This document shows, piece by piece, positions 48,577-62,203 of a stretch of 64,000 nucleotides of DNA. Under the pieces are notes generated by a model that saw only the letters and a program-made list of their open reading frames with translations, did not search any database and had not been told where the DNA came from. How positions within the stretch are numbered: position 1 is the stretch's first letter; the number at the start of each line of letters is the position of its first letter. A program made the position numbers and the translations under genes. This stretch comes from Microthyrium microscopicum (Eukaryota), in assembly GCA_010405405.1 (NCBI GenBank), contig MU004231.1, forward strand, positions 1,619,784 through 1,683,783. Direction: 5' to 3'.

Positions 48577-48743
48577 TGTTTTAGACGACAGATAACTGCT
48601 TGAACGATCCAACGAATGAAGCTCTATGAATTGAGCAAGTGGACTTCTTAGGAGCATTAATTGAACATATGGCTAAGTTGACATCGAGTTTCCCAAAGCA
48701 GTTCTTGAAATCTTTAAACCCAATTTCCCAGTCTCACCTATCA

Positions 48744-50612
48744 TTATGAGAGCTTACAAACCAATGTATCAAGGGTCGGGTCGCTCCATCGAACGAGTCC
48801 AACTGCAACCAGGACAATATATACAGGCCAAGCGACAAGGGATTGCCAATGATTGAGCGCTGGGTCTTTCCAGACTTTCCAGTAAACGAATGTCGCAGTC
48901 CACGATATGCAAATACTCAACCAAAGCACAAAGAAGGAGTCTCGTGCTCCCCGTAAATTTTCTGTGCTTGGTTAGCATGTGCGGTCAGAATGCAGATAGT
49001 TATGCCACTTGCCATACACCTCTTGGCTCATGTACAATGGGTGTTGGACCACAAAATTCGTGGGGCCCATATGACTTGTTGACGTGGCCAGTTTAGTCAT
49101 GTCATTCCAGCGGTGAGTTTCTTGAGGAACCCGCAAACCGTAGTAACGATGATTGTCAGCCCAGGTCTTCGAGATTTCTTGCAAGTCGTCATCTTCCCCA
49201 AAGGTGATTTTCATGCGCTCGGCACGCTCTCCGAACGTCATCACTTTCAAATCCTCCCTTCTCTTTATACTTTCTTTGAGTCTTTGAGTCTGGTACGTGT
49301 CTGGGGGAGTCCAGTGATTTCGTCGAACCACGGCGTATAGGACATCGAATTGGCTACTCCAGTTGTAGATCATCACTCGCTCGCCAATGATCACATCTGG
49401 GTGCTCTTGCTGTATCCACGTCATGAAAACTTCTACCTGTTCCATCAGCCATGACTAATATGCCAATGGTGCAGGCGAGCCGCGCTGAGCGTGGGAGTCT
49501 TGGAATCGGAAACGGCCGTGGCTCTGAATCTTGTTCGTCAACGTGCTGCTAGCCGGTTGGCCGATCAGATTGAAATTCAAGACTAGAACGAGCGGTTTCA
49601 TGGCGATGCGAGGACCCGGTATTAACGACGGAACGAACTGCAAAATAGTTAAAACAATAAATGATCGGCAACTCGAGACATATCTACCTTGCGACGTCGC
49701 TCTTTGATCAGGGCCAAAGTGTCCTTCAACCATTCTAACGTTGCGATATGCTTGGGCACCTCCACATAGTTCTTGGTGACTCCGTAAGGAATATCGATTT
49801 CGACTTTCAGCAGACTGAGATCAGGAAGAAACACTTCACCAGCTATGTCGTGCGTGTTCCGTCCCCAACGCTCGACGAACACTAGTTCCTCAACGCGTCC
49901 TTTACCAGTCTCTGGCTCTTTGACGATGTACCAGCGACGAGGTGAAATGGCGTCACCAATTGCGGCAGCTCGGTCTGGATGGTGGTGAACATATGCCAAA
50001 TTGAGCCGCGCAGCCTCGTGAAGAAACTCAAGCCAGATATACCGGCCAAAGAGACGAATGTGATCTGGGAAGATGACATGTTCGAAAGACACTTCGGGCA
50101 AGTACGCACTGACGCCAAAGAGGCAATACTCGCGAAAGAACGGCGCCGGGCAAGGGTTGTTCAATATAGTTTCATCCACCCGAAAGGTCACCAGCTCACG
50201 ATAAATTTTCAGGCGAATTTCGGCAGGCAGAGTCGAAAGACGGCTAGTTGTTTTGAGCGCTTGGGATGCTTGACCTCGTTGCTCTGCTAGGTCATCGGGA
50301 AGTACTCTACAAAGAGGTCAGTCTATGAATCATGAGACGTGTAAATGACTATCGTACTGGAATTTCTTGGTAGTCAGGAACCTAATTCGGTGCGCGTTAG
50401 GGCTATGAAGAACAACAAGATAAGATAACGACTTACTTTATGGATCCATTGTTTGTTAGATACCGCCAGTTGACAACTACACGACGTCTAAGAGGTGAAG
50501 GCTGACCGAAGGTGGGCAGGGCGATATTTGAGTTTCTATGGGTATATCCCCACAGAACCGCCACTGCCAGAAGTAAGGCTATGGCGGAACACGATAGGGA
50601 ATTCGTTGCCAT
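48744..50612 (-). pseudogene. Five-exon gene (N-terminal TM, F-box-like motif, two C-terminal TMs) with a single in-frame TAG; nonsense allele or recoded gene
   Basis: Introns 50436-50382, 50357-50307, 49687-49638 and GC-AG 49012-48962 (50-55 bp) join all exons in frame into 554 codons. LSTLPAEIRLKIYREL motif. The only internal stop is TAG at 49457-49455. Confidence 0.68.
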
Positions 50613-51563
50613 GATATTTGTGGTTTGTGTGTTCAAAAGAGATTGCACAAAGTTGAAGCCGACCACAAGACGCCGAGCTGGCGCAATATATCTTGTTCGT
50701 TGTTGAAGTGAAGGTCAATGATGAATCTTGATGTGAAAACCAATGTGAAATATTTAAGGGATTAAACGGATCAATGATGGATTGTGCTCACTTGCTATGG
50801 CGGTAACAGGCAGCATCAAACGGAAAGACCGATGTACAAGCTTGGTCTGCGCCTTCCTTTGCAGCTCAACAAACTTATCAACGTTCGTACTTGCCATGAA
50901 AGTCGTAGGCACTATCAAGATCTACTGAAAAATGAATCAAGGGCAAAAGATTGTACAGTATTACATACCTAAGTGTTTCAGAACTCAATAACAAGAAGTT
51001 GCGTACTGAAAAGCCTTCAAAGGCCCTTTCTGCCGCCTCCAGGCCGTCGTTGTGCACTAGCAGATGGAAGCAGTCTTGATGCTCTAGTGGTCACTCACTA
51101 TATCAGAAATGCCTCTTTGGTGAGTTCAAGCCACTGTTCGTACGATAAGGCTTTCCAGTAATGTGCTCCTATGACTGAATAATTTCTGATTTATCATCGT
51201 TCTCTTTCCACCACGATCCTCGACAATAGGCTGCTATCTTTGAGCAATAAATCAACACAGAGTTTCTGTATTATGCAGCTCGGAGTCGCGACGATTGCCG
51301 AGATCGAAGGCTTTGAGTTGACATAGCTGTTATTGCTTAAATGGTCATGGTTGAGGAAAGGTCGTCGTCGCCGAGACAAGACCGTGATCGCTAAGGGCAA
51401 AATGATATGTAGCAATTCCCCGACATGAGCTTACCGATATGTCCGACTCGATTTTCTTCCAGATGATCAGCGTTTGGATGGATGCGATTATTTCAGAGTC
51501 CTGGAACCATCCAGAGAACGCCAAACGCAGTGCTGGATTACACTTATTGGATTATCCCCAAGC

Positions 51564-52694
51564 TCATACATGTTGAACTTTTGAGTACAATTCAAAAGTG
51601 CTCGCCACCTCCTCGTCCAAGACATTTGTCTTAGACTTCACAAGGGCGACAATCTTTTCATTGATCGAAGCCTCCACACCAAATGCCTGGGCCTGTCGGA
51701 CGAGGAAGCCATTGATATAGTCAATCTCTGTAGGCCGACCAGCGAGATAGTCTTGCCGCATTGAGCTGATGTTACTCGCCGTTTTGGCGCCGATGGTGTC
51801 AACGACTTCTAGCAGGACTTTCTCATTGAAAGCCTTGATTGATTTCTCGTCCATGCTGCCACGCGCCTGAAGTAATTTGATGATTATCGACGAAATCTCC
51901 TTTACGAGAGAGACCAACAGAGTTCGCAGTACTGGTCGTTGAAACAGCTCTCCATTACGACAGTCAAAGATGATGGTCAGAGGATTTATGACCGCATTTA
52001 CAGTCAGTTTCCGGAGCTGTATCTCCAAGAGCTGTCCAGGCTCGGCGAATGTGGCATTGAGCGTAGACGAGTTAAGCAGTAGAGCCGGCAGAATTCCTAA
52101 CTCGTCCTTTGAGGCTAAACTGCTGCTTGACACTGCCGCGAATGTCATATCCGCTATGCCAGCGTGGACTACTGAAAAGGGGCTCGTGCTATATAAGCCG
52201 TGGTTGACAATGCCAGCCATGAACTTTGGCCTCTGTGACTGCTCAGGGAAGATTTGATCCGTGACCTCATCGATGGTTCCTAGGAGCGTCAGTCAATATA
52301 CTTCGGATGGCATCTTCGTTTGGATCTTACCCATCCCATTCTGCACAAACAGCAAAGTGGAGTCTTTGTCAAGACGAGAGGCTATAGACGTGACTGCTAC
52401 TGCCGTAGTCAAAGTTTTTGTAGCCACAATCAGGTTCTTAATGGCAGATTGGCTCAAGACTTTATCGTGAACTGACTCTATGCTGAAGCCACCCAGCTGA
52501 CTGACTGCAGTCGGAGGTGTTCTTACCTGTATGGAATTTTCGGCTTCAATAAATTGCGTTGGAAAGTTTGGTCGATGATACAACAATGCGATAGGCAAGT
52601 CAGGATGGCTGGCTCGTAGTGAATGCGCGAAGAATTTCCCAAGACTCCCTATACCTAGGATGTGGACACCAGGTGCAGCTGACCGGCGCGTCAT
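51564..52694 (-). CDS. Ketopantoate reductase (PanE/ApbA family; PAN5-like)
   Basis: HILGIGSLG, IVATK, FVQNGMG, KLTVNAVINPLT and SSMRQD..AGRPTEIDYING. Intron ~52280-52331. Confidence 0.9.
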
Positions 52695-53144
52695 GGTGGA
52701 AGCCTTTCTGCTATAGGTGCTCATGAACTCTAAGCATCTCCAACGCGCTGTTTTGAGCCTCGAGAGTTCTCGAGGTTCAATGATGGAACAACGCATCTTG
52801 AGCAGGGAGGGCCAACAGGAGCGCCGGAATGAGGGGAGGTCTTCTGGAAAGACAACATCAACCTGGAGCGAGACCTTGTTAGCCCATATAGATTGAGTTA
52901 GACATTATACAGCTGGTGAATTGAAGCACTGCGTTGTAACAGGGAGCAACTTTATGGAAAGAAGTTGAGATATCAGCACTGAAGCCAAAGAAAAGGGGGC
53001 GGGTGAATTTCGGACTAGAAACTAAAATACTGTACTCGAAGTCCCGGCCCCAAAATCCAATCACATGGCTCATTGAGTCTTAATCCGAGTCTAGGGCTTC
53101 TTTGATGCTGGTTGGTGGTGGACTGGTCAGTGGTGGTGGAATTA

Positions 53145-56100
53145 CCTCTGGTGTGCATTCTAAGCCTTATACCCTAGCTTTTGAAGCAGATTTTTACCTA
53201 CTTTAGCTCTATACCTAATTAAATAAGTCCTAGAATAGTGAAGCATATTAGTATATAGATTTTAGTATAGCGCGCCTTATTAGTCCTAGCTTCTTATTAG
53301 GAGTAGATTCTTAAGATATCTAACTTTAATATCTTTATAGTATTATAACTTTATTAATTCTTATTTATTTAAAGCGTACTTACTACTATTTAGTAACTAA
53401 TTAAGATATTATTAAATATAGGTAGGAATTTTACTAAATTATAGCGTTGCTAGGTTTAGGATATAATTATTAAGGAGTATTCTAAACGTTAGATCTCTAA
53501 AGTAGTTTTTTATAGTATAGAAACTATTACTTATTAGCGTAAGAAGCTTAAAATTACTATTTTATTTAATACTCCTAGAGTTATTTAATAAGTATCTATA
53601 TTAGATTATATTAAAATAGTAGTATTACTTAAATACCTTATTATAAAGCTTAATTCTACGTAATTTAAGATATTAGAGTATTTAGAAAATCTCTTTAATA
53701 TCTTTATTAGTTATTATAAGATAGAGCGTACTTTAAAGCGTATAGAATAGACTAAAAAGAGAGTATTATTACTATACCTTTACTTTATTAATATTTAGTC
53801 TTTTCTAATAAAAATAGTATTATAAAATAGCTCTTTAATAATCTTTATATAAATATAAAAAATATTAAGAAGAAATCTTAAAATACTATCCTAATTAACT
53901 TATCTACGTTAATAAATCTAGCTATAAAATAAGATTACTAATGCGTAGAATAAGTTAGAGCCTAAAGGGAGTTAAATATATTAACTTCTTATATCTTTAA
54001 AGCTCTAAGTAATAGAATATACTATCTATATATAACGTATATAATATTTTATACTAAGATCTATACTAACATAATACTAACGATCCTAAATTTATCTTCT
54101 AATATAAAGAGTAATTAATTAAGAAGATATTATTATTCTCTTAGCCTAATAGCGTTATAATTATAAATAATACTTTCTTTTATAAGGCTAAAGAGCTAAA
54201 GCCTCTTTTTAAAGCTATAGGTATAATTTTATTATTCTTACTACTCTATAGCCCTAATCTAAATCTAATTAAGTAACTATTTAGCGATTTAAAGAAGTAG
54301 ATTAGATTAAATAATCGTATTTAAAGCGATATAAAGGAGTATAAATAGCCCTTTAAGTAATATCTTAATCTAGGACTTTAGGAATTAAATATAGCGTAGA
54401 GAGTAAGAATATACTTTAAAAAGAGTAAGATAAATTTGTATAACTTTAATATATAATATTTAATTAATCTATCTTAATCTAAGCTTTTTATTATTTTTTC
54501 TTTTCTTCTAATTCTAGATATTAAGTATGCTATTCTCTAATCTATAGCTTAAAGTAATCTATAGCGTTTATCTTAACGTATTCTAATATATATATAAAGA
54601 TATTATCTTCTACTACTACTACCTAACCTAATCTTATATACTTATTTTAATATATCTTTAATAATAGTATAATTTAAATACCTTATAATATCTCTATACT
54701 AATATATAGAAATATTTAGTTCTTAAAGTCCTTAATCTCTTTATTAGGATTAAATTTAATTAGTTTTAATAGTAGTAGTAGTAAAGTACAAATAGTAGGT
54801 AAAATATTAATATTTTTAATATTTAGAGGTCTTAACACTATAGTACTACCCTTTACTAGAATAGCCTAAATCTTCTCTAGTTTAAAGCTAAAATATATAT
54901 TATTACTATTAAAATTACTATTACTACTACTTTTATTTAATTATTAAGAGCGTATATCTTTCTTAAATTAATTACCTAACGTTAGCTTTAAGATACGTAT
55001 TAGTATCTTTAGTAGTAGTTAATATTTTATAATAATAGTAGGTTTATCTATTATTATTACTACCTAATCTATTATTACTACTAGTAGAATAGAAATATAC
55101 TTATTATTTAATACTAGAATTAAGTAGTATTCCTTATTATAAGCTATAGGATATTCTAGCTTATAGTAGGCATATTTATCTAATAACTTAAGCTACTATT
55201 TATATAAGTTCTTTAGCTTATTTAATTTAATTAAAGCGTTAGTAGTAGTATTCTATAAGTCTTAAGTAGGTTCTTTAGCTTTCTTTAACTTCTTAAGATC
55301 TTCTACTATTCCTAAAGCTATAGGACCTAATTTAACTTTATTAACTAACTAAAATATATCCTAAATAAGCTTAATTTCTACCTTTAGTAAGTAAGTATGC
55401 TTTATAAAGTTAAATATCTATTATTAAACCTTAAGAAGCTTGTTTTGTAGTTCTTCTAGTAATAAGTTACTTTAGATTAATTATACTATCTTAGAATCTT
55501 TAGAGGTATTCTTAATAGAAAGCTTTATTAGCGTTTAGATTAAAAATATTAATCTAATAGAATAGAACTATTCTTTAGCTTTATAATCTTACTATTTAAT
55601 TATACGCCTCTACGTATTTTTAATACTACTAAAGTATTTAAAATTATAATAGTTTAATATTGCTTTATTCTTACTAGTTAGTATTTACTTTATTAGATAA
55701 AGCTTTACCTTAAATCTAGGGTATAAGCTAATTAAATTAATAGGATTATTTAAAGAACTATCTACTAATTAAGATATAGAGACCTAAGATACTAGCCTTT
55801 ATATCTATTCTACTTAACTTAATACTAAAGAGTAAGGAATTATTATCTATAAAACGCTCTATAAGGAATTTTAGGTATAAAATAAGTCTAGGATAGACGT
55901 ATTTTATAAGGATTTAGGTAGTAAATTAGATAAGGCGTAGAATAAAGAATTAGGCCTATTTTAGTATAATTTTAGTAATATCTACGTAGGTACGCTTATA
56001 GGTATTCTTAAAGCTAATTTAGTAGTTATAGTAGGCTTTTTTATAAGTTAAAGTTCTTACTATAGAAGTACGTTAAGGTCTAGATTAGATAATACTATAT

Positions 56101-56472
56101 ACTTTATAAAGAATCTAGATGCTATAATAAGTAAGATAATAAAGATAAGACTTAATACTAATAATTATATAGTAATTACTATAAGATAGAAAGAATAAGC
56201 TCTCTTTAGGCTTTAAAATAGTAGCTAGATCTTTAGAATTTATTATTTTACGTACTATCTACTATAATACTAAAATATTAATATTTAAGGTTTAGAATTA
56301 GGGACTAATAGTAGGACTATAAAACTAGGGGATCTAATAGTCTAATTATATATAAATTTGTATACTAACGTATTCTTTAGTTCTAGATCTTAATCCAATT
56401 AGATATAGAGCTAAAGTAGGTAAAAATCTGCTTTAAAAGCTAGGGTGTAAGGCTCAGAATGCACACCAGAGG
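53145..56472 (+). mobile_element. Full-length RIP-inactivated Tc1/IS630-superfamily DNA transposon (DD34E), 3328 bp; divergent relative of the 2762-6084 element
   Basis: 76-bp TIRs at 53145-53220 and 56397-56472. TA duplications at 53143-53144 and 56473-56474. Relic D at 54166 and E at 54271 with 34 residues between (FLLLYSPNLNLIK restores to FLPPYSPDLNPIE). Confidence 0.93.
54460..56230 (-). pseudogene. RIP-degraded second gene of the second Tc1-like element
   Basis: Minus-strand blocks homologous to 4070-5830 (e.g. cttatatacttattttaata; ctctttattaggattaaa; taaagctaaaatata..ttattactattaaa). Boundaries approximate. Confidence 0.62.
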
Positions 56473-57016
56473 TAGCTTGTTAAAAGTCAAATTACAGCAA
56501 CGCCTGCAACGCCTTTTCTTGCTGAAAAGACAGCGACTGTTTTCAGACCGTGACACGTTAAAATAGGCGTGGACGTGCTTTCCTTCTAGTTGCACCCCTG
56601 CACATGGATCGCCTTCCCCTTTCGTTGATCATTTGGCAGGAGCCATCCAATTCCATCAAATCTCCATCAGCCACTGCTGCCATCTTTTCATTTCCTTCAA
56701 CTCACTCCTTCGCATTCTCTATTTCTTTTTTACTACCTACTTCTCGTTGATCCCATATCCTGATCAGCTTCTGCTTCTCTTCACCTCTCAGACCTTCGCA
56801 ATTGCTATCACCGGTCGTCGCCAGTCAATCCTTTAAATTCTGCCATATGATATAAACGTGCAGCTCCCGCTTCTGCACCTCCTTACGCGCCAAAAATTCC
56901 GCGTCCTTCCGCACAACCACCCATTAAACGCTGCTACATCCATCTCTCATCAGAATCCTTCATCACGACGGCCGCTTCATAGCATTCTCTTTGGCATTTG
57001 CCCGCGCTCAATCACA

Positions 57017-58182
57017 ATGGCGCCAACTGTTGTGCCCTACTCGACCATCGAGTACGGCTTTCCTACACTCGACCGACCCTTTGGTCTATCGCTATGGCCC
57101 ATCTTCGAGCGCGTTTTCACCCCAATTGTGGGCTATAGGCCGCAAGACTTTCGATTCGTGCCTGGCGAGACATCAATGTCGACGTTTAAGCTGACAGCCA
57201 CGGCGCTCGTCTCATATTACATTATTGTGTTTGGCGGCCGTGAACTCATGCGCAATCGACCGGCGTACAAGCTCAATGCCTTGTTTATGATTCACAATTT
57301 CTACTTGACTGCCATTAGTGGCATTCTTTTGGCTCTCTTCCTCGAACAATTGATTCCTACTCTTGTTCGAAATGGCGTCTTCTTTGGCATTTGCAATCAT
57401 TCGGGCGGTTGGACTGATAAACTTGTTATCCTGTACTATGTGAGTATACAGCCTGGATCCAGTAGCATATGTTTTCAAATACTGACATTATTCTCTGTAG
57501 CTCAATTACCTCACGAAATTCCTCGAACTTCTAGACACCGTGTTCCTGTTCCTCAAGAAGAAGCCTCTAAGTATATTCTCCCCATACATTTTCAGCCTAC
57601 TAGAAATACTAACAATCTTCGACAGCCTTCCTTCACACTTACCACCACGGCGCCACCGCTCTCCTCTGCTACACCCAACTAATCGGCAACACCGCCGTCT
57701 CCTGGGTCCCAATCACCCTCAACCTAATGGTCCACGTAGTCATGTACTGGTACTACTTCCAATCCGCACGCGGCGTCCGCATCTGGTGGAAGAAGTACAT
57801 CACTGTCATGCAAATCATCCAGTTCGTCATCGACCTTGGCTTCGTCTACTTTGCCAGCTACACCTACTTCACCAGCACTTACTTCCCCGACATGCCCAAC
57901 CACGGCACGTGCGCTGGAGAAGAGTTCGCAGCCATAGCAGGTATCTGCATTCTCTCCAGCTACCTTTTGTTGTTCATCTCGTTCTACTTTGCTACCTACC
58001 GCAAGCCGAGCAGCGCGACTAAGCAACGCAGCCGCGCGACTAGTGCGCTCAAGGAGATGGCTTATGAGACTGTACCGACGGTTGGCCAAGCGCAGCGCCG
58101 CTTTAGTGCTGGGGCGAGCACTTTGGCTAACAGCCTTGGGGTTAATGCTGGCAACGGAAAGGTTCGCTCGCGAAAGGCTTAA
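57017..58182 (+). CDS. Very-long-chain fatty acid elongase (ELO/GNS1-SUR4 family)
   Basis: PTLDRPFG, YLNYLTKFLELLDT.FL.LKKK, LHTYHH histidine box, NLMVHVVMYWYY and QIIQF. Introns 57440-57500 and ~57571-57625. Confidence 0.95.
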
Positions 58183-60196
58183 AGATTTGCTAAGCATCAG
58201 TCCCAACGCGGTTTAATGGGCTGTGCGAGGGATCATATGTCCCTTGTGCCTGGACTACTTTGTGTTTCACTGAAGGTCGAAAGGTATTCGGTGGATTTTG
58301 TTCTAGGGTGTTGTTGTTCAAGATGTTGTTATAGAGAGATGCATTTACTCGGCGCATTGGCATCGGTGCTCGGCTTGGATTAGGGATATGAGGCCAATTA
58401 TGAATGGCTATATATCATTAATTCCATTGGGTTGAAATAGAATTATTGTAGGCCCGGGGCGAAAAGCCAAGTGAAGCAAAGCAAGCAAAGCGATTCATTG
58501 TAACATATTCGGATGAGGATGATTTTCAGTGCTGGGTGGAAGTACATGTCATTGTAATATATATAATAATTCTAGGCAGTGAGACATGAGATGAAGTGTT
58601 GATTGCGTATGCATTGAAGTACAGTAGTACCTTAGGACAACCGGTCGGAGATGTTGGGTGGTTAACTGTCACTTCAAGATTTCCACATCAGCGCTGGCAT
58701 ATTGTAGAGTATTTCGTAGCCAGTTGCACTGCATCCTTACCGTCAAGAAGCCCACAGTACTGGCTCTATATCAAAATTCCCAAAGTTCTCAGCCTTTCCA
58801 AGCACTCGGCATCTAGGATATTTACCTTCAATTCGGCTTCTAGCGCCCGCTACCGTATCTACCAGGTGACTGGTGTCGGGATGATCACTGACTACCAGCA
58901 GTCTTGCATGGAAGCTTCGTGTCCAAGCAGCGTGGACCTGGTGAAAGTGTGCGAGAGAAGGCAACTGGTGATTGGTTTACCTTGTCAGCAAAGCGATCGC
59001 AATTGGCATGGTGTCGGATACGGGGCCAAGAAGGCGAACAAAACTTGCATCTTACCATCTGCGGGTCAGAACTAAAGGCACAAAGGCAAAGCAGTCATGC
59101 CTGTTCGCGGAGCTCTTCTCTTATCAGCCCTGGCTCTACTCCGTACTGACGAGTCTGCTGGCGGGTCCGCATACCAAATGACAAAAGCAATATGGATGAG
59201 GTTTTAAGAGATGGCAGGTTGTGCCTGTGCGCTTTTCGTGTCAAGCTTCGTAGACAAGCATTTCTCCAAAGTCTTGGTGATTCAAAATCGGAAGCAGCAC
59301 ACTTTAGAAGATGCAGCCACGATTTAGGTTTGTCTGCGAGCGCTCTGCGAGTGAGAAAGCACAAGAAGAAAGTTCCCCACACTTGTAGACCTTGTAACCA
59401 CACCCTATTCGCCCAAGATTCTGGTTCCATTGTTCTTACGAGCAACCATTGGGTTCTGTGGGTTCTACACCAGATTTCCTCCACGCTAGTAGGTAAAAGC
59501 ATCAGATAATCACCCAAACTGCCAGTTTCCATGACGGGTACCACGGGTTTTGTACGTACAGAGCACAGTAGTTTTAGGCTTTGGCAACATTTGCCGCCAA
59601 TTTCAGTGGTTTGGAAGAATAGAATCGACGTCCTAGGCAAAGCTGGGGTAGCTCACGCGACTACTAGGACGTATTCAATGATTTTGCTTTTTGCCGAACG
59701 GCGAACAGCTGCTGCTTTTGGTCCCATGAGGCTGGGCAAAGCAAGCAGCGATTGTAGCTGGGCATACCCATACTTATAGTTAGCTTCTTTTCGCATTTGG
59801 CGCTGGATCGGTCCCACTACTTTCTCTCTCCAATCTATCTTTGTGATTTCTTGGCCTCCATCATTACCCTCGCAATTGAACACAAAAACTCTCCACTATC
59901 CATTTGACGAGTTTGTACTTCGATTGTGCGCTCTTATCCCAGCCTTTCTTTCCACATCTCTACCATTCGCGAGAGTTGGGCGATTGCGTCCTTACCCAGA
60001 AATAAAGATAGTGGCACATGCACTCAACATATACCTCCGGACCTAAATTCTGCCATTCGACTCTATTGCTCAGGTGCCGCAAGTGGAGATAAACAATTCA
60101 CAGCTCAAAGTTGTGATTTAAACCACCATTTTTTCATCCTCAAAAACTCTATCAGTTTGAACCCTTGGAGACAACCAATCCAACCAATCAGAAACC

Positions 60197-61917
60197 ATGA
60201 CGTCGACCTCTGTCGAGCCTGGCCACTTGGGTGCCGCCGAACTCGAAAACGCACAAATCCGTCGCAAAAGCAAGGGCGTTATCGAACTCAAGGACGAACA
60301 TGGCCGACGCCGCACAATTCAGGTTGACGAGTTGACGGAAGCGGATCGTGAGCTCGCTGAGAAGTTTGGCTACAATCCAGTTTTCAAGCGCGAATTCGGC
60401 TATCTCGCAACCTTTTCGTTCGCGGTCAGTATTAGTGGCTTGTTTGCTACTGTTGCTACCACTTTTGTTTATCCTCTTACTGCTGGTGGTGCCAGTTCTG
60501 CGGTTTGGGCTTGGCTTATTTCTGGTGCTGGATGCATGTGCATTGCTGCCTCAGTTGCAGAACTTGTCAGCGCATATCCAACCTGTGGTGGATTGTACTA
60601 CACGGTTTCCCGTCTTGCACCGCCCAAGTGGGTTGCTAGTATCAGTTGGGTCACTGGATGGTTGAATTTGCTCGGTCAAGTCGCTGGTGTTGCCTCGTCG
60701 GAGTATGGAAGTGCCCAATTGCTTCTTGCTGCCGTTTCGATGGGTAGCGATTTTAGTTACTCACCGACTACTGGAACAACTGTCGGAGTTATGGCTGCAC
60801 TGACTGTCTTCACTGGCCTTATCAACTCATTGCCAACTTGGTGGATGGAGAAATTGACTCGTACCTATGTCATTTTCCACGTCTTGGTTTTGGTCACTTG
60901 CATGATCGCACTTCTGGCAAAGACAGACAACAAGCATAACGCGACTTATGTGTTTACCGATAAGGAAGGATCGTCTGGCTGGACTCCCTCTGGATTTGCC
61001 TGGTTATTCGGTTTCCTTTCCGTCAGCTGGACCATGACTGACTACGACGCAACTGCACATATCACTGAAGAGATCGAGGAGCCAGAGGTCAAAGCACCAT
61101 TTGCCATCTTCTGGGCTATGGCATTCACTTACGTCGCCGGTTTCTTGTTCAACATCGTCTTGGCTTTCTGCATGGGAGACCCAGCTTCCATTCTCGCGTC
61201 ACCCATGGAACAGCCAGTTGCTCAGATCTTTTACAACTCGCTCGGCAAGGGTGGTGGTATTTTCTATACTGTCAGCGCATTCATGATCATTCAATTCGTC
61301 TGTTGGTCCGCCACTCAATCTCTTGCACGAACTTTCTTCGCCTTCTCTCGCGATAGACTTGTTCCAGGGAGCAGATTCTGGGTCAAAATTGAACCTCGAA
61401 CTGGAATTCCATTGTTGGCTGTCTGGATCTCCGTCTTTTGGTGTATCGCACTAAACCTGATTGCCCTTGGAAGCTACACAGCAATCCTGGGTGTATTTAA
61501 CGTCTGCGCCATTTGCCTTGACTGGTCCTATTGTATCCCAATTGCCTGCAAGTTGATGTTCAACAAGTTTGAGCCTGGTCCATGGCACATGGGCAAACTT
61601 AGCAAAGCTGTGAACGCGTATGCTTGTCTGTGGACAGCATTTGTTTCCATAATCGTAAGGAGCTCTTCCCAAAAACCATGCTCGATTTGATAGCTAACTT
61701 CATCCAGTTCCTTTTCCCGACAATCAGACCAGTCACTGCGACAAATATGAACTACGCCATCGCTTTCCTCGGCGCTATTCTGATCGCTTCAATGATCTAC
61801 TGGTACGCTGGTGGACGCAAATGGTATACTGGTCCCATTGTGGAGACAAACATTCTCGAGGGAGATTCTGCAAATGACAGTGATGAAAAGATGAACAAAT
61901 TTGACCACGAAGTCTAA
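60197..61917 (+). CDS. APC-family GABA/polyamine-type permease (UGA4/TPO5-like)
   Basis: GYNPVFKREF, ELVSAYPTCGGLY, WTMTDYDATAHITEE, FAFSRD and FEPGPWHMG. Intron 61655-61708. Confidence 0.93.
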
Positions 61918-62203
61918 ACAGACAACAATAGTAACAACGGATTGTTCTGTCTTTATCTTTCACTTGGTATAATTATGCTTGGCTCGATTCGATGTCAGAA
62001 TGTCCAGACATATACGGCCGAAGAGAATATCAGTTTCAACCTGCCATATGGATTATTTGTAATGCTTAGGTCCTACTTCGATGGACGATGTCGTTCATTA
62101 ATACGTGTATGTACTGAAAATAAATTGCACGCTTGCTTATAAGACTAGATCTCTGCTTCACATCGCAATGATGCAAACTTTCTTCTCCATTTGTCCATTA
62201 TCA

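Noticed and set aside
50700..51500. Short ORFs between the F-box-like gene and ketopantoate reductase
   Set aside because: No coding signal or recognisable domain.
58596..60046. Several 60-180 aa ORFs between the elongase and the permease
   Set aside because: Mostly non-ATG starts, no motifs or coherent splice model; likely intergenic/UTR.
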